Assembly: GCA_963830915.1 (NCBI GenBank) | Contig: CAWHOE010000005.1 | Coordinates: 20,004 to 84,003 of the forward strand | Source: a candidate division FCPU426 bacterium | GTDB lineage: Bacteria > Oederibacteriota > Muellerivitia > Muellerivitales > Muellerivitaceae | DNA length: 64,000 nt | Direction: 5' to 3' | In this document: in pieces, positions 53,063 to 64,000 of the stretch | Layout: each line of letters opens with the position of its first letter | Position numbering within the stretch: position 1 is the first letter of the stretch | Notes under the pieces: model-generated | What the model saw: the letters and a program-made list of their open reading frames with translations, nothing else | What the model was told of the DNA's origin: nothing | The model's database searches: none | Program-made: the position numbers and the translations under genes

Positions 53063-53743
53063 TTAACCGCGTTTTTTGGTGACTTGTCCCGCGTTCAAGG
53101 TCAACACATGGTCCGCCCTTTTGGCCAATGGCTCGAAATGGGTCACCACGATCAGGGTACGGCCTTCCTTCTGGCATATCTCCCAGAGAACATCATGGAT
53201 GCCCTCGGCGGTCTTGCTGTCCAGGTTGCCCGTCGGTTCGTCCGCCAGGATGATCTCCGGCTCGTTCATCAGGGCCCGGCAGACCGCGACCCTCTGTTGT
53301 TCCCCGCCCGAAAGTTCCCCGGGGGTATGGTTCATCCGTTCCGCCAGACCCACATGGCTCAAGAGCTTCACCGCTCTTAACCGGCACTCGTCGAATTCCC
53401 TGCGCGCGATACGGCCGGGAAGGATGACATTCTCCAGGGCGGTCAGTTCGGGCATGAGATAATGGAATTGGAATACGAACCCGAAAACCTTGTTCCGGAA
53501 ATGGGCCAGTTCCTCGCCCGGCATTTCATAAAGGGATTTCCCCTTGCACAGGACCCGTCCCGCCGATGGGCTGCTCAACCCACCCAACAGGGTCAGGAGT
53601 GTGCTCTTGCCCGAGCCCGAGGCCCCGAGAATGACCGTGATGTCCCCCGCGTCCAGGGAAAAGTTGACGTCCCGAAGGGCCTTGATGTCCTGGCCTTCCA
53701 GGTGATAGGTCTTGGTCGCGTTCTCAATTCTTATAATTTCCAA
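53063..53743 (-). CDS. lolD: LolD-type ABC transporter ATP-binding protein
   Basis: GASGSGKST, FGFVFQFHYLMPE, LSGGEQQRVA, ADEPTGNLD. Confidence 0.85.
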   Translation of the reverse strand: MEIIRIENATKTYHLEGQDIKALRDVNFSLDAGDITVILGASGSGKSTLLTLLGGLSSPSAGRVLCKGKSLYEMPGEELAHFRNKVFGFVFQFHYLMPELTALENVILPGRIARREFDECRLRAVKLLSHVGLAERMNHTPGELSGGEQQRVAVCRALMNEPEIILADEPTGNLDSKTAEGIHDVLWEICQKEGRTLIVVTHFEPLAKRADHVLTLNAGQVTKKRG

Positions 53744-53755
53744 AATACACCCCTC

Positions 53756-53913
53756 TCACCACAGAGACACATTCCGACTTCTCGCGTTGATTTCAAGGGT
53801 GTCGGTATAGTCCCATGTATCCTTTTTAGAATTATGGGAACATGGAACAGAGGCACAGCTTTTATTTTTGAATTGCTCATACTTTTAACTGTGTCCCTGT
53901 GCCTCTGTGGTGA
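53756..53913. repeat. REP-like inverted repeat carrying a nested 78-bp double hairpin
   Basis: TCACCACAGAGACAC[ATTCCGAC...GTCGGTATAGTCCCATGT...ACATGGAAC]AGAGGCACAG...CTGTGTCCCTGTGCCTCTGTGGTGA. Confidence 0.75.
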
Positions 53914-53923
53914 ATTTTTCATT

Positions 53924-55177
53924 TCATCCGAACCGGATGGCGTCCACCGGCTCCAGTTTGGCGGCCTGCCGCGCCGGATAGAGGGTGGCGATGAAACACA
54001 AGATCACCGACATGATGGGGATGATCAGGTAGCAGATGAAGGGGTCGACCTTGACCGGCAGTCGGTCGATGTAATAGACCATTCCCCCGCCCGGCATGGG
54101 GATGGGGACCTTGGCGATGATCTCACAAAGGACGAACCCTCCGAACAGGCCCAGCAGGATGCCGATGGTCCCGATGAACATGCCGTCGAAGATGAAGATG
54201 CGGGTAACGCTTTGGTCGGTGGCTCCCATGGCCTTCAGGATGCCGATCTCCTTGGTCTTCTCGATGACCAGCATGGTCAAGGGATTGACGATGTTCAGGG
54301 CCGCCACCAACACGATCAGGGAAAGGATGATACCCATCACGAATTTCTCGGTCTGAAGGGCGACGAACAGGTTATGGTTCATCTGGAGCCAATCCTGAAC
54401 GAAATAACGGCTGTCGAATTTGTCCCGGATGGCCTTGGCCACTTCCGGGGCCCGGTCCACGTTGTCCACCTTCACGGCGACCCCCGTGACATTCCCGTTC
54501 AGCTTGTACATCTTCTGCCCGTTCTCCAGGGAGACATAGGTATAGGCCGAGTCATAGTCGTACATGCCGGTGGATAGCAGGCCCACCACCTGGAACTTGA
54601 TGTTCAAGGGCATCATCCCCAAAGGCGTCGGCTGAAGGATGGGAAGGAAAAGGATCAGGTCGTCCCCCACCGTCACTTGCAGGCGCCGGGCCAATTCCGC
54701 GCCCAGGAAGATCCTCTCGCCCCGGCCCGATCCATCCCCCGCGGGTTTGACCAGGTCGGTCGCCTTGGCGCTCCAAAGGTATTTGTTCAGGTCGGCGATG
54801 GCTTGCGGAGCCTGGGGATCGACCCCCCAGACCATGACCCCCAGCGACCTTTCCTTGGAACGGGCCAAAGCCTGGCCTTCCACATAGGGTCCCACCGATT
54901 TCACATGGTCCATTTTCGCCACGATCTGGGTGATCTGGTCGTAATTGGAGAGGGGCTGGTTGCGGTACCCGGAGATGATGATATGGGCGTTCAATCCCAC
55001 GATCTTGGATTTCAGGTCCTCATCGAAACCGTTCATGACCGAAAGCACGACATTCAGTGCCATGACCCCGATGGCCACCCCGAACACCGATAGCCAGGTC
55101 AGGATGGAAATGGCTTTGCGCGTGCGTTTGGAACGCAGGTAGCGAAGGCCCAGGAATATTTCGAATGCGGTGTTCAA
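53924..55177 (-). CDS. lolC: LolC/LolE-type lipoprotein-releasing ABC permease
   Basis: RYLRSK, GVAIGV.AL..VLSVMNGF, EKTKEIGILKAMGA, YYIDRLP. Confidence 0.85.
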   Translation of the reverse strand: MNTAFEIFLGLRYLRSKRTRKAISILTWLSVFGVAIGVMALNVVLSVMNGFDEDLKSKIVGLNAHIIISGYRNQPLSNYDQITQIVAKMDHVKSVGPYVEGQALARSKERSLGVMVWGVDPQAPQAIADLNKYLWSAKATDLVKPAGDGSGRGERIFLGAELARRLQVTVGDDLILFLPILQPTPLGMMPLNIKFQVVGLLSTGMYDYDSAYTYVSLENGQKMYKLNGNVTGVAVKVDNVDRAPEVAKAIRDKFDSRYFVQDWLQMNHNLFVALQTEKFVMGIILSLIVLVAALNIVNPLTMLVIEKTKEIGILKAMGATDQSVTRIFIFDGMFIGTIGILLGLFGGFVLCEIIAKVPIPMPGGGMVYYIDRLPVKVDPFICYLIIPIMSVILCFIATLYPARQAAKLEPVDAIRFG

Positions 55178-55189
55178 GCGTTGGGCCCT

Positions 55190-56698
55190 TTATTCAAAGA
55201 TCATCTTCTCTTCACCGGCGTCATGACGAAGGAGGGGGAACAGGATGACATCCCGGATCGAGGCGCTGTTGGTCAGGAGCATCAACAGCCGGTCGATGCC
55301 GATCCCCACCCCGCCCGCCGGAGGCATGCCGTAGGAAAGGGCCAGGATATAGTCCTCGTCCAGGAACATGCCTTCCTCGTCGCCGGCCTTGCGCAGCTCC
55401 ACCTGTTTCTCGAAACGGCGCCGTTGGTCGATCGGGTCGTTCAACTCGGAAAAGCCATTGGCGATCTCCCGGCCCAACACGAAAAGCTCGAAACGCTCAG
55501 CGAATTCCGGTTTATCAGGATTCGCCTTGGAGAGAGGGGATACTTCCACAGGGAACTCGGTGATGAAGGTGGGTTGGATGAGTTTCCCTTCCACCAATTC
55601 CCCGAACAACAGATAAGCCACCTCAGCCTTAGAGAGGCTGTCGATATGTTTGACCACGGCCGAGGTGCCCTTCAACCGGCGTTTGAGTTCCTCGATATCC
55701 GTCTTTTCGTAATCTACCCCGCCGATCTCCTTGAGGGCTTGCAAGAGGGGCAGGCGTTTATAGGGCGGGGTGAAATCCAGTTCCACGTCCCCGATGGTGA
55801 TCTTTTCCCCCAAACCCGCGGCCTTGGCCGATTCGGCAACCAGGTTCTCGGTCAGGGTCATCACCGTCTCATGATTGCCGTAGGCCTGGTAGGCTTCCAG
55901 CATGGTGAATTCGGGGTTGTGCTTGACGCTGATGCCCTCGTTGCGGAAGTTCCGGTTGATCTCATAGACCCGCTCGAAACCCCCGACTACCAGGCGTTTC
56001 AAATAAAGTTCCGGGGCGACCCTCATGAAGAGGTCCATGTCCAGGGCGTTATGGTGGGTGGTGAAGGGCTTGGCGGCCGCGCCACCCGGGATGGGATGCA
56101 TCATCGGGGTTTCCACTTCCAGGAAACCTTGGCCGTCCATATAACGGCGGATGGCGCCGACGACCTTGGAACGGACCTCGAAGGTCTTGCGGACGTCCTG
56201 GTTGACGATCAGGTCCACATAACGATGGCGGTAACGGGCTTCCACGTCGCTCAACCCGTGCCACTTCTCGGGAAGCTGGTGGAGCGACTTGCAGAGGACC
56301 TCGAAGGAATGGACGTGGACGCTCACCTCGCCCGTCTTGGTCTTGAAGGGAAACCCCTGGATGCCCACGATGTCTCCCAGGTCGAGAAGTTTGAAGACCT
56401 CATAGGCCTTCTCCCCTACCCCGTCCTTCCGGAAATAGACCTGGATCTTGCCCCGCGCGTCCTGGATATGGGCGAAACTGCTCTTGCCCATGTCCCGGAT
56501 GGTCATCAGCCGACCCGCGATGGAAACCTTGTCGTTCTCCACATGCTCGCCGGGCTGGAGGCCCTGGTATTTATCCAGGATGTCCTTGGAATGGTGGGAG
56601 ACCTGGAACGCCGCAGCCGGATAAGGGTTGATGCCCTTTTCCTTCAAGGCCTTGAGTTTTTCCAACCGGACTTTGATGAATTCATTGAGTTCAGCCAT
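55190..56698 (-). CDS. lysS: Lysine--tRNA ligase (class II)
   Basis: LPEKWHGL, GGAAAKPF, FRNEG, HNPEFT, GIGIDRL. Confidence 0.97.
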   Translation of the reverse strand: MAELNEFIKVRLEKLKALKEKGINPYPAAAFQVSHHSKDILDKYQGLQPGEHVENDKVSIAGRLMTIRDMGKSSFAHIQDARGKIQVYFRKDGVGEKAYEVFKLLDLGDIVGIQGFPFKTKTGEVSVHVHSFEVLCKSLHQLPEKWHGLSDVEARYRHRYVDLIVNQDVRKTFEVRSKVVGAIRRYMDGQGFLEVETPMMHPIPGGAAAKPFTTHHNALDMDLFMRVAPELYLKRLVVGGFERVYEINRNFRNEGISVKHNPEFTMLEAYQAYGNHETVMTLTENLVAESAKAAGLGEKITIGDVELDFTPPYKRLPLLQALKEIGGVDYEKTDIEELKRRLKGTSAVVKHIDSLSKAEVAYLLFGELVEGKLIQPTFITEFPVEVSPLSKANPDKPEFAERFELFVLGREIANGFSELNDPIDQRRRFEKQVELRKAGDEEGMFLDEDYILALSYGMPPAGGVGIGIDRLLMLLTNSASIRDVILFPLLRHDAGEEKMIFE

Positions 56699-56791
56699 GG
56701 TTTCTTTCCTTTTCCCCTCGACTCCCATCGGGAGCGCGAAATGACGAGCCTCGATTTTACTTCGCCTCTCGATGACCGTGTGGATTATCGG

Positions 56792-57888
56792 TCAATCGAT
56801 CAATTTGGCCTTCAAGGCCTCCTCGATGAACTTATCCAGGTCCCCGTTCATCACATCGGCGATCTGCGCCGTTTCAGTGTTGGTCCGGTGGTCCTTCACC
56901 ATTTGATAGGGCTGGAAGACGTAGGACCGGATTCTGGCTTCCCCACTCGATCTTCTTCTTGGACCCCGCCACCCGGGCCATCTCCTCGTCATGCAGGTCC
57001 TGGTAGTACTGGAAGAGCTTGGCCTTCAACATCCTCAAGGCCTGTTCCTTGTTCTGCAATTGGGAGCGCTGGGTCTGGCAGGCCACGATGAGGCCGGTGG
57101 GGATGTGGGTCAGACGGACTGCCGTCTCCACCTTGTTGACGTTCTGCCCGCCCTTGCCTCCCGACCGGAAGGTGTCCAGCTTGATATCGTCCCATCTCAT
57201 CTCGAACTCGACGTCCTCGACCTCGGGCATGACATCCACTGATGAAAAGGAAGTGTGACGGCGCTTGTTGGCGTCGAAGGGGGAGATGCGGACCAGGCGG
57301 TGGACGCCCTTTTCCACCTTCAGGAAGCCGTAGGCCCAGGGCCCTTTGACATGGAGGGAAACGGATTTGAGGCCCGCTTCTTCCGCGGCCTGGTAGTCCA
57401 GGGTATCGACCTCATAACCTTTGGATTCCATCCAGCGCAGGTACATGCGCAGCAGCATCTCGGCCCAATCCTGGCTTTCCGTACCCCCGGCGCCGGGATG
57501 GATGGAGAAATAGGCGTTGTTGAAATCGTACTTGCCCGTGAAATTCCGTTTGAGCTCGAAATTACGGTAATCGGCCTCGAATTTCTTGAAGCTTTGCTGG
57601 AGCTCGGCGATGAGCGACTCGTCGTGCTGTTCCTTGAGGAGTTCGTGATAGGCCAGAAGGTCGTGGTATTGCTTCTCGAAGTCCTGGATGAGCGCCAGGG
57701 TGTCCTTGAGCCGGGAAAGCCGGCCCGTGACCTCTTGGGCGGTTTTAGGTTCGTTCCAGAAGTTGGGCTGCGCCGACTGTTCTTCGAGTCTTTCTATTTC
57801 CCGCTTGGTTTGAGCGGGGTCAAAGATGATCCCTCACTTCGGTAAACTTTCTCTCCAGAGACTTGACGTCCAATTCGAACAACGCCAA
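56792..57888 (-). CDS. prfB: Peptide chain release factor 2, with programmed +1 frameshift (57825-57819) and one extra frameshift at about 56932
   Basis: AGG GAT CAT CTT TGA C slippery site; SPF and GGQ motifs; IRSYV; start approximate (TTG 57888 or GTG up to 57900). Confidence 0.93.
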
Positions 57889-58124
57889 TCTCACCACCAC
57901 CTTTCGGTTATTCATTGCGTCCATAGGAACGCTGCCTTTTCGGAAGGGACAGCATATATTCGGGTACCCCTAAAATCATCAAAAAACCGTCTTACTTCGA
58001 CCAGGGTGTGTTTGTCGAATGGCCGGGGACTTCGGCGGTGTTCTGTTGACAGTCCCCTGGCGCTACTCTAAACTTCATTGAAATCGCCGGTTTTACGTCG
58101 AAAAAATCCCGATACGGACATCCC

Positions 58125-60537
58125 ATGCTCATTTCCTATAACTGGTTGAAGAGTTTTATTTCCCTGAAGGAGCCGGTCGAGACGGTCTTGAACCGTTTGA
58201 TCCACGCCGGCGTCGCGGTCGAGAACATCAAACCATACGGCGCCCATATCACCAAGGTCGTTGTCGCCGAGCTTTTGGAGGTCGCCAAACATCCCCAAGC
58301 GGACCGGTTATCCTTGACCAAGGTTTCCACCGGCAAGGAAACCTTCAAGGTCGTCTGCGGGGCCAAGAATATCGCGCCCGGTCAAAAAGTCCCCTTGGCG
58401 GTGGTCGGCGCTGTCCTTCCCGGGAATTTCGAGATCAAGGCCGCCAAGATACGGGGCGAGGAATCCTTCGGCATGCTCTGCTCCGCCAAGGAGCTCGGCC
58501 TGGCCGAGGAGGCCGAGGGCATCCTGATACTTCCTCCCGACGCGCCGGTAGGCGAGGACTTTTGCGCCTACATGGGCCTACCGGACACCCTGTTCGACCT
58601 GGAGATCACCCCCAACCGGGCCGACCTCTTGAGCCACCTGGGCGTGGCCCGCGAGATAGGCGCCATCCTGAACCGAAAGGTCCAGGAGCCCAAAGCTGGA
58701 AAAGTACAAGAAGGCAAGTTGCCGACCGCCAAACTGGCCCGCGTTACGGTGAAAGCGCCGGACCTGTGCCAACTCTATACCTGTCGGGTCATCGAAGGGG
58801 TCAAGATCGGGCCCTCCCCCCGCTGGTTGGTCCAGACCCTGGAACGCCTGGGGCAAAGGTCCATCAACAACGTGGTGGATATCACGAACTATGTCCTTCA
58901 AGAAATGGGCCAACCCCTTCACGCCTTCGACCTGAACCAGGTCAAAGGGGCCCACATCATCGTACGCAAGGCTGAGAAGGGCGAGAAGATCCCCCTTTTG
59001 GATAACACCGAACGCGAACTGGACGCCGATAACCTGGTCATTGCCGACGCCGAGCGCCCGATCGCCCTGGCGGGTATCATGGGCGGGGGTAATTCCCAGG
59101 TCACGGATAAGACCATCAATATCCTCCTGGAGTCAGCCCTTTTCCTGCCCGGGTCGGTCCGCCGGACATCCCGCCGTCTGGGGATCTCCACCGACTCTTC
59201 CTACCGTTTCGAGCGGGGTGTGGACCCCAATGGCGTGGTCGCCGCCTTGAACCGGGCCGCGTCCTTGATCGTCGAGTTGGCTGGAGGTTCCCTGGCCAAA
59301 GGGGTACTGTCCCATCCCGCCAAGACTTTCAAGGCCCAGGAGATCAAATTCCGTCCTTCCCGCGCCAATACCATCCTGGGAACCCAGAATCCCCACCAAG
59401 GACCAACTGGCCATCCTGAAAAACCTGGGGTGTACCGTCAAAGGGACCTCCTCTTCCAAGACCCTTTCGGTCAAGGTTCCCAGCGCCAGGCTGGACCTGA
59501 CCCGGGAGATCGACCTGATCGAGGAAGTCGCCCGCTTGTCCGGCTATGACCGCATCCCTGTCGTCAGTCCCAACATACCCTCAGGCCTTTCCCCCATCGA
59601 TTCCAAGATTCCTTTCGAGCAAGAGGTCCGTTTCCTGTTCCATCAGAAGGGCTTGTTCGAGGCGATCAATTCCACTTTCCTACCGCCGAACTACGCCGAT
59701 AAACTCAAGCTTCCCCAGGACCATCCCTTGAGGAACGCCATGGTCCTGCTCAATCCCATCGCCGAGGACCAGAAGGTCCTGCGTCCCAGCCTGCTCACTT
59801 CCCTTTTGGTCAACGTCCAATTGAACCTGGCCCACCAGCAGGAACAGGTCGGGCTTTATGAGCTCAACAAGATATTCCTGCCGTCCGGGAAGGGTCAGCC
59901 CACGGAGAAATTCAGGGCCACCGCCGTCCTGGCCAACCTTTCCGTCGGACAAGCCTGGTACCAGGCCGAACGCAAGACCGACTATTACGATATCAAGGGT
60001 TTGGCCGAGGACCTCCTGGCCCACTGCCGGTTCGAAGGCGTTGTTTGGGAATTTGGGAAGCTGGCCATGCCCTATCTGGCCTCTGAAAGTTTCTCTGTCA
60101 AGGACAAGACAGGCGCTCTATTGCTTTGGGGCGGTTCCCTTCACCCCAAAGTGCTGAAGGAATATGAACTGTCCGTCCCCTGCCAGGCCCTGGAACTCGA
60201 CCTGACTCAATGGGGTCTTACCACCGCGCCCCGGGCCCTTTATTCACCCTTACCCCGATTCCCCGAGGCATGGAGAGACATTGCCTTGGTAGTCCCGGAT
60301 GGTGTAACATCAAGCCAGGTTTTGGCCTCTATCGAGGGACTATCGATAGCCGATCTAAAAGGCGTGACCCTTTTCGACCAATACCGGGGGAATAATGTGA
60401 AGGCCGGGTGCCGCAGCCTGGCTTACCGTCTCCGTTTCCAGAATGTCGAACGGACCCTGACCGACGGCGAAGTGACCGAAAAAGTCTCTAAAATCGTAGC
60501 TTATCTGAAGGAGAAATTCTCGATTGAACTCCGATGA
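58125..60537 (+). CDS. pheT: Phenylalanine--tRNA ligase beta subunit (frameshift at about 59388)
   Basis: SYNWLK, VCGAKN, SFGMLCS..ELG, ITPNRAD, RFERGVD; second frame EEVARLSGYD, RDIALVV, SLAYRL. Confidence 0.95.
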
Positions 60538-60856
60538 GCTCTTCCCCACTGAATCAGTCCCATCCCCCCAATGGCTAGGTTTGGAAAAACGCATCAACCG
60601 CATGTTGGAAAGCATCGTTCAGCTGCGTAACGCCAACGCCCAATTGATGAAAGAGAATGTCCTGCTGAAGAACCAAATGAAGGGCCAGGATGCCGCCCCC
60701 CGGACCGAATCCAACGGGGAGGTTGAAAAGCTCAAACAGCAATATGAGGAAGCCCTAAAGGACCTTCAACAGGTCAAAGCCAACCTTCAACGCCTGGAAA
60801 CCCTTGCCAAGGACCTGAAGTTGGAAGAAACCTCTTCGGAAGAAGGCCAGGCATGA
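60524..60856 (+). CDS. Coiled-coil protein, ZapB-like
   Basis: LEKRINRMLESIVQLRNANAQL coiled coil between pheT and zapA, a common position for ZapB-like genes. Confidence 0.65.
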   Translation: MNSDELFPTESVPSPQWLGLEKRINRMLESIVQLRNANAQLMKENVLLKNQMKGQDAAPRTESNGEVEKLKQQYEEALKDLQQVKANLQRLETLAKDLKLEETSSEEGQA

Positions 60857-61584
60857 GCGAAAAGAAATCCGTGACGGTCAATATCTACGGCAACGAATAC
60901 ACCCTCAAGGGTGAGGCGGATCCCAACTACATCGCGGAGCTGGCCAAGTTCGTCGATTCCAAGATGACCGAGATCGGCAAGAAATCCTCGGCTCCCGCCG
61001 CCAAAGTCGCCATCCTGGCCTCCATGAACATCGCCGACGAGCTCCACCGGCTGGAAAAAACCAAGGCGGAGAACCTCAAGCTCATCGAGACCCTGGAAAA
61101 GAACCTGCTGGAAATGAAGCGTTCCTCCGACGGCTCCTTGAAGCACACCCTGGAGATCAAGGAACAGGTCGATCGGTTCAAAGCCGAGGCCGGGGAATAT
61201 CTCAAATTGGCCGACGCGGCCAAGGAAGAACAGCAAAAGGTCGTCAAGGAGCTGGAGAACGCCCATCGCAAGAACGAGGAACTCTCCAAGGAAACCGATC
61301 GGTTGAAAAAGGAACTCGAGGAGCAAAAGGCCAAACTGGATAAGCTCCAGGAAACTCTGAACGAGGAAAAAAAGAACACCGAGGAAGCCAAGACCGAGGT
61401 CAACGACATGAAGGTCGAGCTGGGGGAGACCAAGGCCGAGTTGGCCAAGGCGAAGGAAGATTTGTTGAAGGCTCCCACTCCCGTGGTGGATGATTCCAAA
61501 CCCTCCGAACCGGGGATCACCTTTTTGCCCACGGACGAGAAACTCCAGGCCATTTTCCGCAAGATCGACGCCATCCTAGAATAA
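60853..61584 (+). CDS. zapA: Cell division protein ZapA with long coiled-coil extension
   Basis: VTVNIYGNEYTL...YIAELAKFVDSKM...VAILASMNIADEL. Confidence 0.85.
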   Translation: MSEKKSVTVNIYGNEYTLKGEADPNYIAELAKFVDSKMTEIGKKSSAPAAKVAILASMNIADELHRLEKTKAENLKLIETLEKNLLEMKRSSDGSLKHTLEIKEQVDRFKAEAGEYLKLADAAKEEQQKVVKELENAHRKNEELSKETDRLKKELEEQKAKLDKLQETLNEEKKNTEEAKTEVNDMKVELGETKAELAKAKEDLLKAPTPVVDDSKPSEPGITFLPTDEKLQAIFRKIDAILE

Positions 61585-61612
61585 TCAGCGGACCAACCAG
61601 ACCCTTTGAAAC

Positions 61613-61657
61613 CACCGATGAACATAGAAAATTTTTCGTTCATCATTTTCATCGGTG
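61613..61657. repeat. Hairpin between convergent zapA and glgP (REP-like or terminator)
   Basis: CACCGATGAA...TTCATCGGTG. Confidence 0.5.
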
Positions 61658-61682
61658 TCGATTAGGAGGCTGGATTGTTTAA

Positions 61683-64000
61683 TTACTCGATCGCGACCGA
61701 CTTGGCGTCCCAGATCTCGTCACAGTATTCCCGGATGGTCCTGTCGCTGGAGAATTTCCCCATGCGGGCCACGTTCATAATGGCCATCTGGGTCCATTTC
61801 TCCTGGTCACGGTACAGTTTGGACACCCTCTCTTGGCATTCCAGATAAGCGTCGAAGTCGGCGAAAAGAAGGTACTCGTCGACGTTCATCAACGAATCCA
61901 CCAGGGGTTGGAAAAGACCGGGGTTTTCCGGTGAGAAAAAACCGCTGGAGATCAGGTCGATGACCCCCCTCAATTCGGTCGAGCGCTCGTAATATTCCCT
62001 GGGCCGATAGCCTTCCCGTTTCAGCTTGGCCACTTCCTCGGCCTTGAGGCCGAAAATGAAGATGTTCTCGTCGCCCACTTCTTCCTGGATCTCGATATTG
62101 GCGCCGTCCAAGGTCCCGATGGTCAATGCCCCGTTCAGGGCGAACTTCATGTTCCCCGTACCGGAGGCTTCCTTGCCGGCGGTCGAGATCTGCTCGGACA
62201 GGTCGGTGGCGGGAATGATCTTTTCCGCCAAGGACACCCGGTAATTGGGTAGGAACACTACCATCAGCTTGCCCTTGATCTGGGGATCCTGATTGACCAC
62301 GTCCGCGATGGAATTGATGAACTTGATGATGAGCTTGGCCGATACGTAACCCGGCGCGGCTTTGCCCCCGAACATGATGGTCCTCGGCACGAAGTCTCCC
62401 TGGGGGTTCTCCTTGATGCGCCGATAGAGCGCGATGGCGTGGAGGGCGTCCAATAACTGGCGTTTGTACTCATGGATGCGTTTCACCTGGACATCGAAAA
62501 GGGATTCAGGATCCAAGGCCAAGCGCTGGTCCGCGGCTATCAAATCGGCGAGTTTTTCCTTGTTCTTCAGTTTCACGGCCCTCCATTGAGCCCTGAACTT
62601 CTTGTCCCCCGCGAACTTCTCCAATTTTTTCAGCTGGTTCAGGTCGGTGACCCATTTGTCCCCGATGACCGAAGTGATGAGCTCGGAAAGACCGGGATTA
62701 CATTTTCTCAACCAACGGCGCTGGGTAATGCCGTTGGTTTTGTTGTTGAACCTATCGGGGAAAAGCTCATAAAAGTCAGGAACCACAGAACTTTTCAACA
62801 ATTCGGTATGAAGGGCTGAAACGCCGTTCACCGAGTGGCTGCCGATGATGGCCAGATGGGCCATCCGGATGTGGGGATCATGACCCTCCTCGAAGATGGA
62901 CACCCGCCTCAAACGCTCCACGTCCCCGGGATAGCGGTTGGCCACTTCCCGGAGGAATCGGGCATTGACTTCCTGGATGATCTGCAAATGGCGGGGGAAA
63001 AGCTTCCCGAACAGGTTTAGGGGCCATTTTTCGAGGGCTTCCGGCAGAAGGGTATGGTTGGTATAGGCGAAAAGGGCCTTGGTGATATCCCAAGCGTTCT
63101 CCCATTCCAGCCCTTCCTCATCCAGCAAGACCCGCATCATCTCAGCGATGGCGATGGTCGGATGGGTATCGTTCAATTGGATGGCCGCCACATCGGGAAG
63201 GGACTTGAAATCCGTATGCTCCCTTTTGAAGCGGCGCAGGATGTCCTGGATGGAGGCGGAGACGAAGAAATACTGCTGTTTCAAACGCAGTTCCCGTCCC
63301 TCTGGGCTGTTGTCGTTGGGATAAAGGACTTTCGAGATGGTTTCGGTCTCGGTTTTCTTCGAGGTGGCCGCGAAATAGTTGCCTTTGTTGAAAAAGTCCA
63401 GGTCGAACTCATCGGTCGCCTTGGCGGACCATAGCCTCAAGTTGTTGACCGTCTTGTTGCCGTACCCCGGCACAGGCGTGTCATAGGCGGTGGCCAATAC
63501 GTCTTCTGTATCGACCCATTCGAACACCAATTTGCCCTTGCGATTGACCCGTTGGGCCACATGGCCCCCGAACCTGATGCGGTAAGTGTACTCGGGGCGC
63601 GCGATCTCCCAGGGATGTTCCTTGGAAAGCCACTCGTCCGGTTCTTCCACCTGGAAACCGCGCACGATCTTCTGACGGAAGATGCCGTAATCGTAACGGA
63701 TACCGTAACCGTAAGCCGGAATTTCCAGGGTGGCGAGGGAATCCATGAAGCAGGCGGCCAGACGTCCCAACCCGCCATTCCCTAACCCCGCGTCGACCTC
63801 ATCCTGGCGAAGATCCTCCAGTTTCAAACTCAGCTCATCCAGGGCTTTGTTGACCGAATCCTCGACCTGCAGGTTGAGGATGGAATTGCCTAAAGTGCGG
63901 CCGATCAGGAATTCCAGTGAGAAATAATAGACCCTTTTGACTTTCTGGGCGCGATAGGCCTTCTGGGTCGCGACCCAATTCTCCACCAGCCGGTCCCGGA
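61683..64000 (-). CDS. glgP: Glycogen/starch/alpha-glucan phosphorylase, 5' end outside the window
   Basis: GLGNGGLGRLAAC, QLNDTHP, KRIHEYKRQ, EASGTGNMKFALNG. Confidence 0.97.
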   Translation of the reverse strand, partial: RDRLVENWVATQKAYRAQKVKRVYYFSLEFLIGRTLGNSILNLQVEDSVNKALDELSLKLEDLRQDEVDAGLGNGGLGRLAACFMDSLATLEIPAYGYGIRYDYGIFRQKIVRGFQVEEPDEWLSKEHPWEIARPEYTYRIRFGGHVAQRVNRKGKLVFEWVDTEDVLATAYDTPVPGYGNKTVNNLRLWSAKATDEFDLDFFNKGNYFAATSKKTETETISKVLYPNDNSPEGRELRLKQQYFFVSASIQDILRRFKREHTDFKSLPDVAAIQLNDTHPTIAIAEMMRVLLDEEGLEWENAWDITKALFAYTNHTLLPEALEKWPLNLFGKLFPRHLQIIQEVNARFLREVANRYPGDVERLRRVSIFEEGHDPHIRMAHLAIIGSHSVNGVSALHTELLKSSVVPDFYELFPDRFNNKTNGITQRRWLRKCNPGLSELITSVIGDKWVTDLNQLKKLEKFAGDKKFRAQWRAVKLKNKEKLADLIAADQRLALDPESLFDVQVKRIHEYKRQLLDALHAIALYRRIKENPQGDFVPRTIMFGGKAAPGYVSAKLIIKFINSIADVVNQDPQIKGKLMVVFLPNYRVSLAEKIIPATDLSEQISTAGKEASGTGNMKFALNGALTIGTLDGANIEIQEEVGDENIFIFGLKAEEVAKLKREGYRPREYYERSTELRGVIDLISSGFFSPENPGLFQPLVDSLMNVDEYLLFADFDAYLECQERVSKLYRDQEKWTQMAIMNVARMGKFSSDRTIREYCDEIWDAKSVAIE

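Noticed and set aside
61585..61682. 6S RNA downstream of zapA
   Set aside because: The gap is under 100 bp, too short for 6S RNA, and holds only a simple hairpin

Overview
Bacterial chromosomal window from a diderm organism (bamA, tamB-like and lolC/D-type genes) that also has mcsA-mcsB-clpC. The right half (about 32-64 kb) is GC-rich housekeeping DNA: purF/L/Q/S/B, a NifU-like gene, surE, bamA, tamB-like, clpC/mcsB/mcsA, lolD/lolC, lysS, prfB, pheT, zapB-like/zapA and glgP. Several of these genes carry single-base frameshifts that look like systematic sequencing errors. The left half (about 1-31 kb) is an accessory region, almost all on the minus strand. It holds: (i) a radical SAM/SPASM enzyme heading a run of secreted TPR proteins, five of them mosaic paralogues with a shared N-terminus and unrelated C-termini; (ii) a toxin-antitoxin islet bounded by a 29-bp direct repeat of a gene 3' end; (iii) an unusual ParB + transmembrane + possible VirB8-like fusion preceded by three related palindromes; (iv) beta-propeller lipoproteins; and (v) a cassette-like array at 24.6-29.4 kb, where each gene or TA pair is separated by a variable-length element with conserved inverted ends (TTGTCCAC...RTGGACAA). 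This array resembles integron organisation, but the elements do not match the canonical attC consensus. No integrase, transposase, rRNA, tRNA or CRISPR array was recognised. All family assignments come from motif recognition by eye; no searches were run.
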